Virus record (IMG/VR): IMGVR_UViG_3300046678_000974
Coordinates: 1-64,000 of that record
DNA: 64,000 nucleotides
Origin: a virus
Taxonomy: Duplodnaviria; Caudoviricetes
Reading direction: 5' to 3' (one strand)
A model generated the notes under the pieces. The model made no database searches. It saw only the letters and a list, made by a program, of their open reading frames with translations, and had not been told where the DNA came from. Each line of letters starts with the position of its first letter. Within the stretch, counting starts at the first letter, position 1. Below, piece after piece: positions 37,609 to 47,338 of the stretch. Position numbers and translations under genes: made by a program.

Positions 37609-38070
37609 TCAACCACGTATCGGGTCTTGTGCCCATGTGATCTCCTGCGCCCCATCGATCTCCCGCTGTGATGGTTTGCTGCCGCGTATCGTCTCACCCC
37701 GTACCATTTGGACCTCTGGCTTCAGTTGCTCCTTGCCCAGACTGATCTTGCTACCACGGATGATCTCCCGCCGCGAACACACACGGCGTACCTCTTGCAT
37801 CTCATTGCGCCATTCTAGATCGATGTGCAACCGATCATCCGTCTCCCATACCATCGCCACCGCAATCGCGTCAAATGCCATGGACATTATCTGGATGCGT
37901 TGCGCAATCGTGTCATCGAGTTCAACGCGGATTATCTTTTCGTCTGGGCGATAGAATATCGCGATCGGCTGTATCGATCCAGTCTTCTCAAAGTCCAACT
38001 TGCTACGGAACTTGGTGTCAGCCAATAAATGTAAGGCTTGTTTTTGTGTTAAATATTCGGTTTTATTCAT
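37609..38070 (-). CDS. hypothetical protein
   Basis: Start MNKTEYL after AGGG; divergent from 38136. Confidence 0.6.
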   Translation of the reverse strand: MNKTEYLTQKQALHLLADTKFRSKLDFEKTGSIQPIAIFYRPDEKIIRVELDDTIAQRIQIMSMAFDAIAVAMVWETDDRLHIDLEWRNEMQEVRRVCSRREIIRGSKISLGKEQLKPEVQMVRGETIRGSKPSQREIDGAQEITWAQDPIRG

Positions 38071-38094
38071 CCCTATTCGCCCCAATAAATGTTA

Positions 38095-38106
38095 TATTTA
38101 TAAATA
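38095..38106. promoter_or_regulatory. palindromic TATTTATAAATA, bidirectional late-type box
   Basis: Contains TATAAATA on both strands, between divergent ORFs. Confidence 0.65.
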
Positions 38107-38135
38107 GATCAAGATATCAACACAGAGGAACTCGT

Positions 38136-38480
38136 ATGAAGTCTGCCCCTTTTAGTATCTCAGCGTTTTGGCGGAATGATCGACCCGAAGGTATTGCGGT
38201 CTTATTTCACGGCGGTGATAATCTGGCTGCCATTGAACATAAGATCGCGTTGGCCTGCGAAGAAATGGATCAGCCTGACCATGATCACAGTGCGATTCTG
38301 CTGGCACAATTAGCCGAATATGCCAGTCGTCGTGACGCATTGTCTCTTGATGAGAAGATCGATGTTGCTTGTCTGATCGGTGCCTTGCAGCATGTTGGTG
38401 TGATCATCGCAGATAACTTCAATGGTCTGATGATCATCAAAGGTAGAATCCCTATCTATAATGATGAGAAGATCGTCTGA
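38136..38480 (+). CDS. hypothetical protein
   Basis: AGAGGA RBS; 114 aa. Confidence 0.6.
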   Translation: MKSAPFSISAFWRNDRPEGIAVLFHGGDNLAAIEHKIALACEEMDQPDHDHSAILLAQLAEYASRRDALSLDEKIDVACLIGALQHVGVIIADNFNGLMIIKGRIPIYNDEKIV

Positions 38481-38552
38481 TGATCATGCGTGAAGTAAAG
38501 TCTGATATCTCCATGCTGGATGACCAGCATCGGGTACTACACTAAATATTTT

Positions 38553-38745
38553 CGTGCCGTGACATGGTGCCGGTCGAGATGTCCGGACTACTGTTATCTT
38601 CTCCTTTCGGGATATAGGTTGTGAAACATTGCGGCACTCCCTTGTAATCCCAAGGTGATTGGTCTATATTAAAGTCTCTGGGTCACGTCCTGTTCCGGAA
38701 AACCCCTCAGTAGCATTCGCTCCTAGCTACTGAGGGGTTTTCTAT
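38553..38745 (+). ncRNA. candidate ~190-nt late non-coding RNA
   Basis: Bounded by TAAATA (38543-38548) and a 17-bp terminator; no ORF with an RBS; several complementary segments. Confidence 0.35.
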
Positions 38746-38747
38746 TT
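38698..38747 (+). terminator. strong intrinsic terminator
   Basis: GAAAACCCCTCAGTAGC / GCTACTGAGGGGTTTTC, perfect 17-bp stem. Confidence 0.85.
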
Positions 38748-38779
38748 GACGGTAAATATCCGAAAGGATTCTTTCGCGA

Positions 38780-39175
38780 ATGGACCTGTCCCATCTTATC
38801 GGTACTGACATCGCCATTACATCGTCCGTCAATGCCACTGCTGATCTGTTGAACATTGTCAATCCGATCGAAGGACAGCAACGCGTGCTTCGGCGTCTGT
38901 TGACCAATCCCGGTGATTACGTTTGGCAACCCATCTATGGTGCAGGACTGGCACGATTCGTTGGTCAGCCAATCAACAATCTCACTCTCAGCGGTACAAT
39001 TCGTCAGCAGATGAAGCTGGAACGAGCGGTTAAACAAGTGCCACCTCCCAATGTCACCCTCGCCAGTCAACCTACCGGTGTGGTGGTCGCAGGAGTTCAA
39101 TATATCGATGCTGATACCAATCTTACCTCGGCGTTGAGCATCCCGCTATCAGACTTGCCGCAGGCGGGAGCATAA
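38780..39175 (+). CDS. baseplate wedge protein, gp25/gpW-like
   Basis: QRVLRRLLTNPGDYVWQPIYGAGL motif; upstream of baseplate J; TAAATA at 38753. Confidence 0.85.
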   Translation: MDLSHLIGTDIAITSSVNATADLLNIVNPIEGQQRVLRRLLTNPGDYVWQPIYGAGLARFVGQPINNLTLSGTIRQQMKLERAVKQVPPPNVTLASQPTGVVVAGVQYIDADTNLTSALSIPLSDLPQAGA

Positions 39176-39178
39176 ACC

Positions 39179-40354
39179 ATGACATTGTTTACCAAAAACT
39201 TTGATCAAATGGTCGATGCACAACAAGCATCGCTCCAAGTCGCCAATCCATTGTTTACGTTCTCGGCTGGTTCCGACGTCCAAGCCTTCGCAGAAGCCAA
39301 TGCTGGGATCGCACTGTTCCTCCAATATTTGATCTTCAAGACCCTGACACAAACTCGACTGGCTACCAGCTTCGGTGCGGATGTCGATAGTTTCGGCGCT
39401 GATTTTTTATTCGCGAGATACCCAGCGATCTCTGCTACCGGTCAAATCTTGATTACGCGGTTTACTGCTCCCAATGAAATCCGTATCCCGATCAATGCCG
39501 TGGTCAAGACATCAGATAATGCCGTCAGTTTTGCCATCATCCCCGATAGTAACAACGCTACCTATAACGCAGGGTTTCAAAGTTATGTTATGAATCCGGG
39601 GGTGTTCCAAGTCTCGGCATTGGTCAAAGCTATAGTACCCGGTACTATAGGCAATGTCGCTGCCAATACAGTGACCAAGCTGTCAGCCTCCTTGGCGATC
39701 GGCTCATTGACCAATCTGGCACCCTTCGTTAATGGCGTCGATCAAGAATCGGATGCGGCATATAAGAATCGGTTTCAGTTTTATATCAATACTCGTTCGG
39801 CCAGCACCCGTCTTGCTATTGAGAACGCGATCATCAACACCCAGACCGGTTTGACTTATACCATCAATGAAAATGTTGATGCCGAGTTTAAGCCATTGCC
39901 GGGACAGGTCACCATCTATGTTGATGATGGTACCGGGTTTCCGCCTGACATACTGTTTGCTGGTACAGTGGCAACACCGGGGCTGTGGCAGAACATCAAC
40001 AATGTAAGACCCGCTGCGGTATCGTTCACTGTCGAACCAGCCCATCCGGTACCAGTGAATATCGAAGTCAGTACCATCTTCAATCCGGGATATAACAGAA
40101 ACGATTTTGTTGGACTTATCGGTACTGCTATCGCCAACTACATCAATTCGCTTGCAGTAGGGCAGACCCTGTATATGACGCGCTTGTATCAGGTGATCTA
40201 CGATAGTGTTCCGGGTGCTCTGGCTGATGCGCATGATCTATTGATCAATGGCGATTCAGTCGATGTCACTGTGACACCGGCGGAAGTCCTGCGGTTCATC
40301 AGCAATGCACCGCCCGGATCAGATATCCCACCGAGCGAAATGACCATAGATTGA
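39179..40354 (+). CDS. baseplate J-like protein
   Basis: ATGQILITRF, GNVAANTV, NGVDQESDAAYKNRF, VYVDDGTG-type and VRPAAVSF motifs. Confidence 0.9.
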   Translation: MTLFTKNFDQMVDAQQASLQVANPLFTFSAGSDVQAFAEANAGIALFLQYLIFKTLTQTRLATSFGADVDSFGADFLFARYPAISATGQILITRFTAPNEIRIPINAVVKTSDNAVSFAIIPDSNNATYNAGFQSYVMNPGVFQVSALVKAIVPGTIGNVAANTVTKLSASLAIGSLTNLAPFVNGVDQESDAAYKNRFQFYINTRSASTRLAIENAIINTQTGLTYTINENVDAEFKPLPGQVTIYVDDGTGFPPDILFAGTVATPGLWQNINNVRPAAVSFTVEPAHPVPVNIEVSTIFNPGYNRNDFVGLIGTAIANYINSLAVGQTLYMTRLYQVIYDSVPGALADAHDLLINGDSVDVTVTPAEVLRFISNAPPGSDIPPSEMTID

Positions 40355-40364
40355 GGCAGTATTG

Positions 40365-42830
40365 ATGACCTTTCTGACACAGACTGATGTCGTTGAGCGC
40401 CTGTACAATCTATTACCACGTGGCTGGTACCCCGACCTCCAAGATGCGCCCAATCTTCAAGCCGTCTTGTCGATGTTGGCCGCGACGTATAGCAATGACT
40501 TTGATGGTCTCTATCAACTTCTGCTCTACGTCCAGCAACAAGCACGGGTGTTCACCGCTACCGACTTCTGGCTCGATCTAGCAGCACAGGATTATTTCGG
40601 CAGTCGTCTACAGCGTCATGTGTCAGAATCAGATACCAGTTATCGTCGCAGAATCATCCTCAATCTCCTAGCACCACGTGGTACTCGGCCTGCTTTGGTT
40701 GCTAATGTAACTAACCTTACAGGTGTTACACCGAGAGTCATTGAACTTCGTAATCCGGGTGATTGCGGTTCCTATTCAAGCCTTGGCAATCCTGTCTGGG
40801 GTGGCGCTGCATATAATCAACAGGGTGCTTATGGCACGCTCACTATGCCGTTCCAACTGTTGATCAGTGTACAACGTCCACAAGGCGAAGGTATTCCGCT
40901 GATCAATGGCTATAGTATGCCGGGCAGTGGCTATGCCACCTATCCTAAGCCATTCGGTTTTACTGGTGGCAATCTACCCCCAGCAAATACTTGGGGTATC
41001 TCATCTTATGAACAACTGATCGATATCATCGGCCAAGTTACCGATACCGATATCTATCAAATGGTATCGGATACCATGCCTGCTGGAACCATCGCTTGGA
41101 CGGCGATTCATTCCGAGTTCGTTGAGTCACCACCCATCGGTGGTGGTGCTATGCTGGATGTTAATTTTTATCTGAATATGTCGGTGTTGTCAGCCAGTCG
41201 AGGCGTGCAAGGTGCACAAGCATTGGCGAATATGGCGTTTCCGATCCTGTTTCATGCCACCATGGTCGAGCAAGCCCACCTGCTCGGGCATTTTACGATG
41301 TCGCCTTTCCGTTTCTCGGCTGGTATGTCCTTGGTGTCGCCTTTGATGGTAACGATCAATATGATCATGCCGATCATCGTTTTCAAAGCAGCGATGCAAT
41401 TCGAAGCGCTCTCTGCCAAGTTCACTATACCAGCTATCAGTATGACGCCAACCGTAATCTTTACTGGCCAAACACAGCCACTATTGCCTGCCAATTTGCC
41501 CTTCACCCTCGGCACGATCGTCGGTGCGCAGCCATTAATTGGTATCAACTTCATACTTGGCCAGTCTGCTCCAGGTGAAGCCGGAGGCATGCCGGCTATT
41601 GCAGTCAATTCTGTCTGTCATGTGGGCGATTTTGCCGCTTCAGTGCCGCCTTCTCTTGCATCGGTCACTGCTGGTACAGTCGCCGGTCTCACAGAAGTTA
41701 CCGGTGTCGGTCTGTCCAGCAGTTTCAATATCCCAGCAGTCAGCGGCACGACGATCGCCGCTCCGCTCGCACCACAACCGCAGCCAGTGCTGCCGGAAAC
41801 ACTGCCGTTCCTATTGGGTGGTGGCGTGCAGACCCAGCCACAAGTCACGTTGGCACTGCCGGATGTACAGAGCACAACCATTCTGGGCAGTCTTGCCGTG
41901 CCACCGAGATTGGCTGCTGTCACAAGCCAAGCAACCCTTGGCACGCTTGGCGTCTCGACCAGCGCGTTCCAAACTTTCAATCCAACAAGGAAGACCAGCA
42001 ATATCAGTCTTTCTCCCGATCTGCTTACCGCAACCAAGACGATTGGCACCAGTGCCGATCCGATCTTTGGGACCAAAACGGCTACGTCTGGATTGTACTA
42101 TTGGGAAGTCACAGTCAGCATTACCAATGCCAGTCAGATCACCGCTGGTATCGCCAATATTACAGCACCATTCGCATCAGGTGATTTCATCGGCTTCGAT
42201 GTCAACAGTATCGGTTGGGCAGCAAATGGCAATGTGTTGGAAAATAACATATCACAAGCATCATGGCCAACATGGACGTCAACCGGTGCACCAATCCAGC
42301 CTCAGACATTGACTACCAGCGCACCCGGCGGCACACAGATGTCGCTGGCTTGGGGCGCCGCTGTCGATGTAATCACCATGTGCTTTGCCTTCGATGCCTA
42401 TGATGGCTTGCTATATGGTCGTATAGGCGCCGGGCCTTGGAATGGTGGTGGCGCAACCACCTCCGCCGGACTAGTGACACTCGGTGTGACACCGCTTGGA
42501 CAAGGCACCTCTAGTGGATCGACTGCGATGACAATTCTTGGCCAGACGCCGCTTGGTAGCTCGATCGCAGGACAGTCCAGTGGTGCTGTTATCCCGCCGC
42601 CATCTGGGCCACCCAATGCGCCTCAAACACAAGTCGGTACCATCCTGTCCGGTTCGGTCGTGATCACATGGCAGTCTACACAAACCGGTTTGCTAATCCC
42701 ATCCACTGTGTTCGACGGTGGGGCAATCGGTCCAGCGGTAACCCTGTTCTCGTCGGGCGATAAGGCAGTCATGGCAGTTGATAGTGCGCACTGGCAGTAT
42801 CAGCCACCTGACGGATACACAGCATGGTAA
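40365..42830 (+). CDS. baseplate gpI-like protein extended by low-complexity repeats and a C-terminal SPRY/ConA-like domain
   Basis: N-terminal ATDFWLDLAAQDYFG...ESDTSYRRRI..APRGTR; C-terminal SGLYYWEV...IGFD..SIGW...YQPPDGYTAW. Confidence 0.75.
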   Translation: MTFLTQTDVVERLYNLLPRGWYPDLQDAPNLQAVLSMLAATYSNDFDGLYQLLLYVQQQARVFTATDFWLDLAAQDYFGSRLQRHVSESDTSYRRRIILNLLAPRGTRPALVANVTNLTGVTPRVIELRNPGDCGSYSSLGNPVWGGAAYNQQGAYGTLTMPFQLLISVQRPQGEGIPLINGYSMPGSGYATYPKPFGFTGGNLPPANTWGISSYEQLIDIIGQVTDTDIYQMVSDTMPAGTIAWTAIHSEFVESPPIGGGAMLDVNFYLNMSVLSASRGVQGAQALANMAFPILFHATMVEQAHLLGHFTMSPFRFSAGMSLVSPLMVTINMIMPIIVFKAAMQFEALSAKFTIPAISMTPTVIFTGQTQPLLPANLPFTLGTIVGAQPLIGINFILGQSAPGEAGGMPAIAVNSVCHVGDFAASVPPSLASVTAGTVAGLTEVTGVGLSSSFNIPAVSGTTIAAPLAPQPQPVLPETLPFLLGGGVQTQPQVTLALPDVQSTTILGSLAVPPRLAAVTSQATLGTLGVSTSAFQTFNPTRKTSNISLSPDLLTATKTIGTSADPIFGTKTATSGLYYWEVTVSITNASQITAGIANITAPFASGDFIGFDVNSIGWAANGNVLENNISQASWPTWTSTGAPIQPQTLTTSAPGGTQMSLAWGAAVDVITMCFAFDAYDGLLYGRIGAGPWNGGGATTSAGLVTLGVTPLGQGTSSGSTAMTILGQTPLGSSIAGQSSGAVIPPPSGPPNAPQTQVGTILSGSVVITWQSTQTGLLIPSTVFDGGAIGPAVTLFSSGDKAVMAVDSAHWQYQPPDGYTAW

Positions 42831-42845
42831 AGGCTTAAATAAGAC

Positions 42846-45806
42846 ATGGCCAAACCTAACTTTTTCGTAGGCGAGTTGCTCGCAGCCGATGAACTCAATG
42901 CAGCTTTTGCTGATTGCGTTTCCCTTAGCGCAACAGGTACCCAAACACTTGCTTCGATAATCAATCTACCACAACTCATTGCAACCATCAGCGTTCAAGC
43001 AGAACAGTTGGTGGTTACCGGTGATCTGGTGTGCACCTCTAGCTCAGCCGTAACCCTTCCTGTAGGCCCAACGATCGAACGGCCTAATCAGCCTGCGGGT
43101 GGAATGCTGCGTTGCAATTCCGATGCCGCTACCTTGGAAGCCTATCTTCCTTCGGGTAAATGGGTCACACTCGCAACCACCGATGCCGCTGTCACACCGG
43201 TCAATCCTCCACTCAGTATGGAAGCACCAACATTCGGTGTGGCTACCAGCAATGCAATCCCAATGGGTTGGTCGAATCCACACGGGGGCACTGCCCCATT
43301 CACCTTCAAGGTTGAGTTTCGTCCCACTGGATCAGCAATATTTGCCACTTGGACACAGCAAACTTCTGCCCTCGCTACGACAGTGTCAGGTCTGCTACCA
43401 GCAACTCGCTATGATTTTCAGGTCACCGCGTTCAATGCGGCTGGTTCGGCAATCTCCAATATAGTCTCCACTAATACAGTTGGCTTCCTCGATGGAGGGC
43501 CGGGTAATCTTACCGCTTCCCAACCAACTAGCACGACAATGGCATTGACGTGGTTGCCAATCAGTGGTGCAGCCTACCAAGTTCAATACGCAGTACCAGG
43601 AGCAACCCTGTGGACTGATTTCGATGGGCCTGTTAGCGGTAATAATGTCACTGTCACAGGACTCATCGCCAATACCCAGTACCTGTTCCATGTCATAGCC
43701 AAGACATTATCGAATAACGCTGAGTCATTGGTAGCACAAAATGCCACCCTTACAGCAGCCACCACAGCCCCCAATACGGCGACAGCTTTGGTGGCTAATG
43801 GCATTACTACTTCAGGGTTTACCGTCTCGTGGCAGCCTCCTACGGCTGGCACACAGCCATTGTCCTATCGCCTGCAATATCAATTGGCAGGTACCTCAAC
43901 ATACACTGATTATGGCCAAGCACAGACCCAGACCTCAGTATCTTTGATCAATCTCGATTCGTCATCCGGCTACAACGTCCGAGTGATCGCAACGAATTCG
44001 GCAGGGTCAAGCACCAGTGTGCCATTGACGATTACAACTCTTACCGCTGTGGCAAACCCCGGTGAGGTTAAGGGATCGCAGATGTCGAGCCCAACAGCAC
44101 CAACGATCATCGCTCCCTTCATCGCCAATGTTCCTCAAGCCTCAGCAATCGCCCTCACCGGTATTCAATTGATCGATCCGGCTGCCATCTATTCGCCCGG
44201 AACAATCGCAGTCACAGTATTGGCCAACACTGGCATGGTCACCATGACAGATGTGAGCGGAAATAATATCACCGGGTCTGGAACCAATGTCATCAACTAC
44301 GCCTCAACTTATCCCGCAGTACAAGCCGCATTGGCATCGTTGGTCTATACCGCGACTACCCTCGGGAGTGACAACGTTACCATCACAGTAGTTGATCAAT
44401 TGATCAAACAGACTGCATTATCGATTGCGATTACTGTCTCTGATGGTGTAGGAGTAACTCCATCACAGCCTCCACCGGGGGGTAATCCATCCTCAACGAT
44501 TACTGCAACTGGACAGCCTTCTGATTTCAATGGCACCTTAGCCAATCGCTCCAAAAGTTTCACTGATCGTCTGGGAATCAATGTGCGGTTGGAAGACCCC
44601 GGCTATACACGGAACTTCACTGGACTGCAAGCAGCAGTGTTGGAAAATCTGATCATGTATGTGGGTCAGAGCAATATCCCATATCTTCGGCATAACGCAG
44701 GTACTGCCCTCAATCCAGCGTTCATGAGTCAGATTGCCACCAATACCAATACCCATTTTATTCTCGCCATCGATCAAAAGGTCCAGCCACAATCCTATAG
44801 TGTGGTCACTAATCTCATGGAACAGATGGCATTGTTCTATAATAATTCTGTTTCTGCTTTCGAAGGACCCTATGGTGCCGATCAGGCACCCACAGTGTTG
44901 GGTCCAGTTAACTTTTTGCCGTCAGCAGCACAGTTTCAGAACACCTTATACAGTGCCGCTCATGCAGTCGGTATACCAGCACGCCAGTTGACACCGATCG
45001 CACCCGGTAATAACAACCAGTTCGGTTCGCCTCCAGCCGATGTCGGTACCACTTCGTTGTTTCCGCCATTCAGTCCTAATGGTACCGGTAGTCCATTGTT
45101 CACTACCGATTCCAATGGCTATCTGGCAAATGCTTTGAGTGGTGCACGTACCGCAACACCCAATCTACCAACCGCAATCGTCTCATTCGGCTGGCAATCA
45201 TTCCCTAATGGTACCACCAATACAGGTCTCGGGTTGGTTAATGAAACCACACAGGCCGTCTATATTTTGGAGACTTTGTTCTCGGCTTACAAACAGAACG
45301 TCACCAATATCATGATCAATGAACTGCTGGATGTGCAGGTCGGTCAATCAATCGATGATTTTGGTCAGTCCTTTGGTCTGTTCAACTCAGCAGGCACACA
45401 GAAAATCTCAGCCTTGGCCTTGCGTGCTATCATGTCCAAGCTGATCGATAATTCAATCTTCTCATTCAGCTTCGTACCAGGGCATCTGGATTATACCGTG
45501 ACCGGTAAGCCCGGTCCCTATGGTGGCTTCGTGAATACAGGCTATCAAGATGTGGTGTTTCAACGTTCAGATGGTACCTACCTATTAATTATGTGGAATG
45601 AACAAGTTCTCAATACACGGGGTGGTAATAATGCTCCGCTCAATGTGCCGAGTGTGCCGATTATCTTGACGTTCAATGAGACCACCAAGAGCAATGTTCA
45701 AGTGTTTGATCCGATCTTAGGACAGACTGTACAGCAACAGAGCACAGTGGGATCAATGAATATCAGTCTGCCGCCCTATCCTATCATTGTTCAGGTGACC
45801 TTCTGA
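42846..45806 (+). CDS. fibre protein: N-terminal fibre motif + 3 fibronectin III domains + cadherin-like domain + degenerate GH-A barrel
   Basis: LPVGPTIERP..GMLRCN motif; three FN3 units with W..P..Y.V.Y..L...T.Y..V.A.N; barrel with EGPYG and IVSFGW. TAAATA lies 4 nt before the ATG. Confidence 0.75.
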   Translation: MAKPNFFVGELLAADELNAAFADCVSLSATGTQTLASIINLPQLIATISVQAEQLVVTGDLVCTSSSAVTLPVGPTIERPNQPAGGMLRCNSDAATLEAYLPSGKWVTLATTDAAVTPVNPPLSMEAPTFGVATSNAIPMGWSNPHGGTAPFTFKVEFRPTGSAIFATWTQQTSALATTVSGLLPATRYDFQVTAFNAAGSAISNIVSTNTVGFLDGGPGNLTASQPTSTTMALTWLPISGAAYQVQYAVPGATLWTDFDGPVSGNNVTVTGLIANTQYLFHVIAKTLSNNAESLVAQNATLTAATTAPNTATALVANGITTSGFTVSWQPPTAGTQPLSYRLQYQLAGTSTYTDYGQAQTQTSVSLINLDSSSGYNVRVIATNSAGSSTSVPLTITTLTAVANPGEVKGSQMSSPTAPTIIAPFIANVPQASAIALTGIQLIDPAAIYSPGTIAVTVLANTGMVTMTDVSGNNITGSGTNVINYASTYPAVQAALASLVYTATTLGSDNVTITVVDQLIKQTALSIAITVSDGVGVTPSQPPPGGNPSSTITATGQPSDFNGTLANRSKSFTDRLGINVRLEDPGYTRNFTGLQAAVLENLIMYVGQSNIPYLRHNAGTALNPAFMSQIATNTNTHFILAIDQKVQPQSYSVVTNLMEQMALFYNNSVSAFEGPYGADQAPTVLGPVNFLPSAAQFQNTLYSAAHAVGIPARQLTPIAPGNNNQFGSPPADVGTTSLFPPFSPNGTGSPLFTTDSNGYLANALSGARTATPNLPTAIVSFGWQSFPNGTTNTGLGLVNETTQAVYILETLFSAYKQNVTNIMINELLDVQVGQSIDDFGQSFGLFNSAGTQKISALALRAIMSKLIDNSIFSFSFVPGHLDYTVTGKPGPYGGFVNTGYQDVVFQRSDGTYLLIMWNEQVLNTRGGNNAPLNVPSVPIILTFNETTKSNVQVFDPILGQTVQQQSTVGSMNISLPPYPIIVQVTF

Positions 45807-46279
45807 TGCCATTCACCAATTATGCTGATGGAACCGTGATCTTTGCCGCGCAATTGAATGCCGACAATGCCACATCACTCGATCTCAACACAGCAACTAC
45901 ACAAACCCTTCAAGGCGGTCTCACCCTGTCTGGGCTATTGACCACACAGGCAGTGACCACCAATGGTGTGCTCACTCTCAAGGGTGGTACCATCAATAAC
46001 GTTAAGCTGATCACCACCGGTGCCAGTTATACCATGCTGCCCACCGATCGATACATCTTTTGTCAGACCAGTGCCGCTATTACGATCGCCTTGATATCAA
46101 GCCCAACACAGGGACGTACGATTACAGTTAAAGACTCGGGTGGTACGGCAGGGACTGGGAATATTACCATTTTGCCAGCGGCTGGCTTCATCGATGGTAT
46201 AACCAGTTATGTTATCTCTGCCAACTATGGTACCGCAACTTTCATATATTCAGGGTCGAGATGGTTAAGCGGCGCCTGA
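45806..46279 (+). CDS. small fibre/adaptor protein, paralog of 25348-25860
   Basis: YTMLPTDRYI...PTQGRTITVKD...IDG...IYSGSRW; TGATG coupling. Confidence 0.75.
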   Translation: MPFTNYADGTVIFAAQLNADNATSLDLNTATTQTLQGGLTLSGLLTTQAVTTNGVLTLKGGTINNVKLITTGASYTMLPTDRYIFCQTSAAITIALISSPTQGRTITVKDSGGTAGTGNITILPAAGFIDGITSYVISANYGTATFIYSGSRWLSGA

Positions 46280-46300
46280 TAACGGAGCGTAAATAAGATC

Positions 46301-46876
46301 ATGTTTCTAGCATCGGTCTACACGGGCATCGCCCTCAATTCGTTTTCAGTCATGTGGAACAACGCCACATTGACAATATACAGTGGCGTACCACCCGGTA
46401 CCGCCGAAGCCTCGCTTAGTGGTAACACTCAGCTTGTTCAATATGTTTTTGCTGCTACCGCATTTAGTGTGGTGTCCACCGCAAGCGGATTCGACACACA
46501 GACTGCAAGTTTTGTCGCTTCAGCCGTAGCCCCCACCAATACAGGGACAGCAACCTTTGGCCGAATCGATATCGTGCCAGCAACATGGGCCGCTACCACA
46601 GCTTATGTGCGTGGCGCTGTGGTCAGCAAGTCGAGCAACTATTACACCTGTGTTGTATCAGGAACTTCGGGATCAAGCGGTCCCTCTGGTACTGGCCTCG
46701 GCCAATTGGATGCGACTACAGCATGGGATTACGTCGGCCCTACCACGGCAGGCACCACAGCGGCACAGGTCACTGTCGGCACCTCTGGTACTGACATCAT
46801 CATGGCTTCTACCGCGTTACAGACTGGTGTGACGGCCACCATTACGGCTTGCAACTTACAGATACCGGTCAACTGA
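46301..46876 (+). CDS. virion protein with inserted CBM5/12-like module
   Basis: LTIYSGVPP..AE...TGTATFGRI...VGTSGTDI family, with insert TWAATTAYVRGAVV..YYTCVVSGTSG..AWDY. TAAATA lies 5 nt before the ATG. Confidence 0.7.
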   Translation: MFLASVYTGIALNSFSVMWNNATLTIYSGVPPGTAEASLSGNTQLVQYVFAATAFSVVSTASGFDTQTASFVASAVAPTNTGTATFGRIDIVPATWAATTAYVRGAVVSKSSNYYTCVVSGTSGSSGPSGTGLGQLDATTAWDYVGPTTAGTTAAQVTVGTSGTDIIMASTALQTGVTATITACNLQIPVN

Positions 46877-47337
46877 TGACAATTTCAAAGATTCTAGTCA
46901 CCAACAATACTGATGGCAATCATTCGCCAGATACCTGGGCCATGGCCGCAGCAGAGATGCTGGCCAATACCATGAACCTGACTGGACAGAATGCTATCGA
47001 TGGACAGCGATTGGTCATCAAGTTTGCCGATGTTCTGATCAAACACTTTGATCAGATTCAAAAATTAGAGACTAAGAAGTTGGAGAATGATGCTAAACAT
47101 CTATTGACCAACTTCGATGATGAACTCGAAATCGATCTGCGCAAGATTGTCCAAGAGCTACAGAAGGTGGCCAAAGGTACTGTCTGGGAAGCACATTATC
47201 AATCTCCGTCTGTGCAGGTTGCGGCCATAGATGAATTGCGTCGGCTATTTTATACCTCGATGCACGTCGATCGCTTGGCTTTCGCTACCAAAAATCCTGA
47301 TAATCTACATGCCGCAACTTATATGAAGGTGAGTTAA
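46876..47337 (+). CDS. hypothetical protein
   Basis: TGATG overlap with the previous gene. Confidence 0.65.
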   Translation: MTISKILVTNNTDGNHSPDTWAMAAAEMLANTMNLTGQNAIDGQRLVIKFADVLIKHFDQIQKLETKKLENDAKHLLTNFDDELEIDLRKIVQELQKVAKGTVWEAHYQSPSVQVAAIDELRRLFYTSMHVDRLAFATKNPDNLHAATYMKVS

Positions 47338-47338
47338 T

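Noticed and set aside
38476-38505. Hammerhead ribozyme starting at CTGATGA
   Set aside because: No GAAA after the putative stem II and no stems I/III. The similar CTGATGT at ~61021 also fails.
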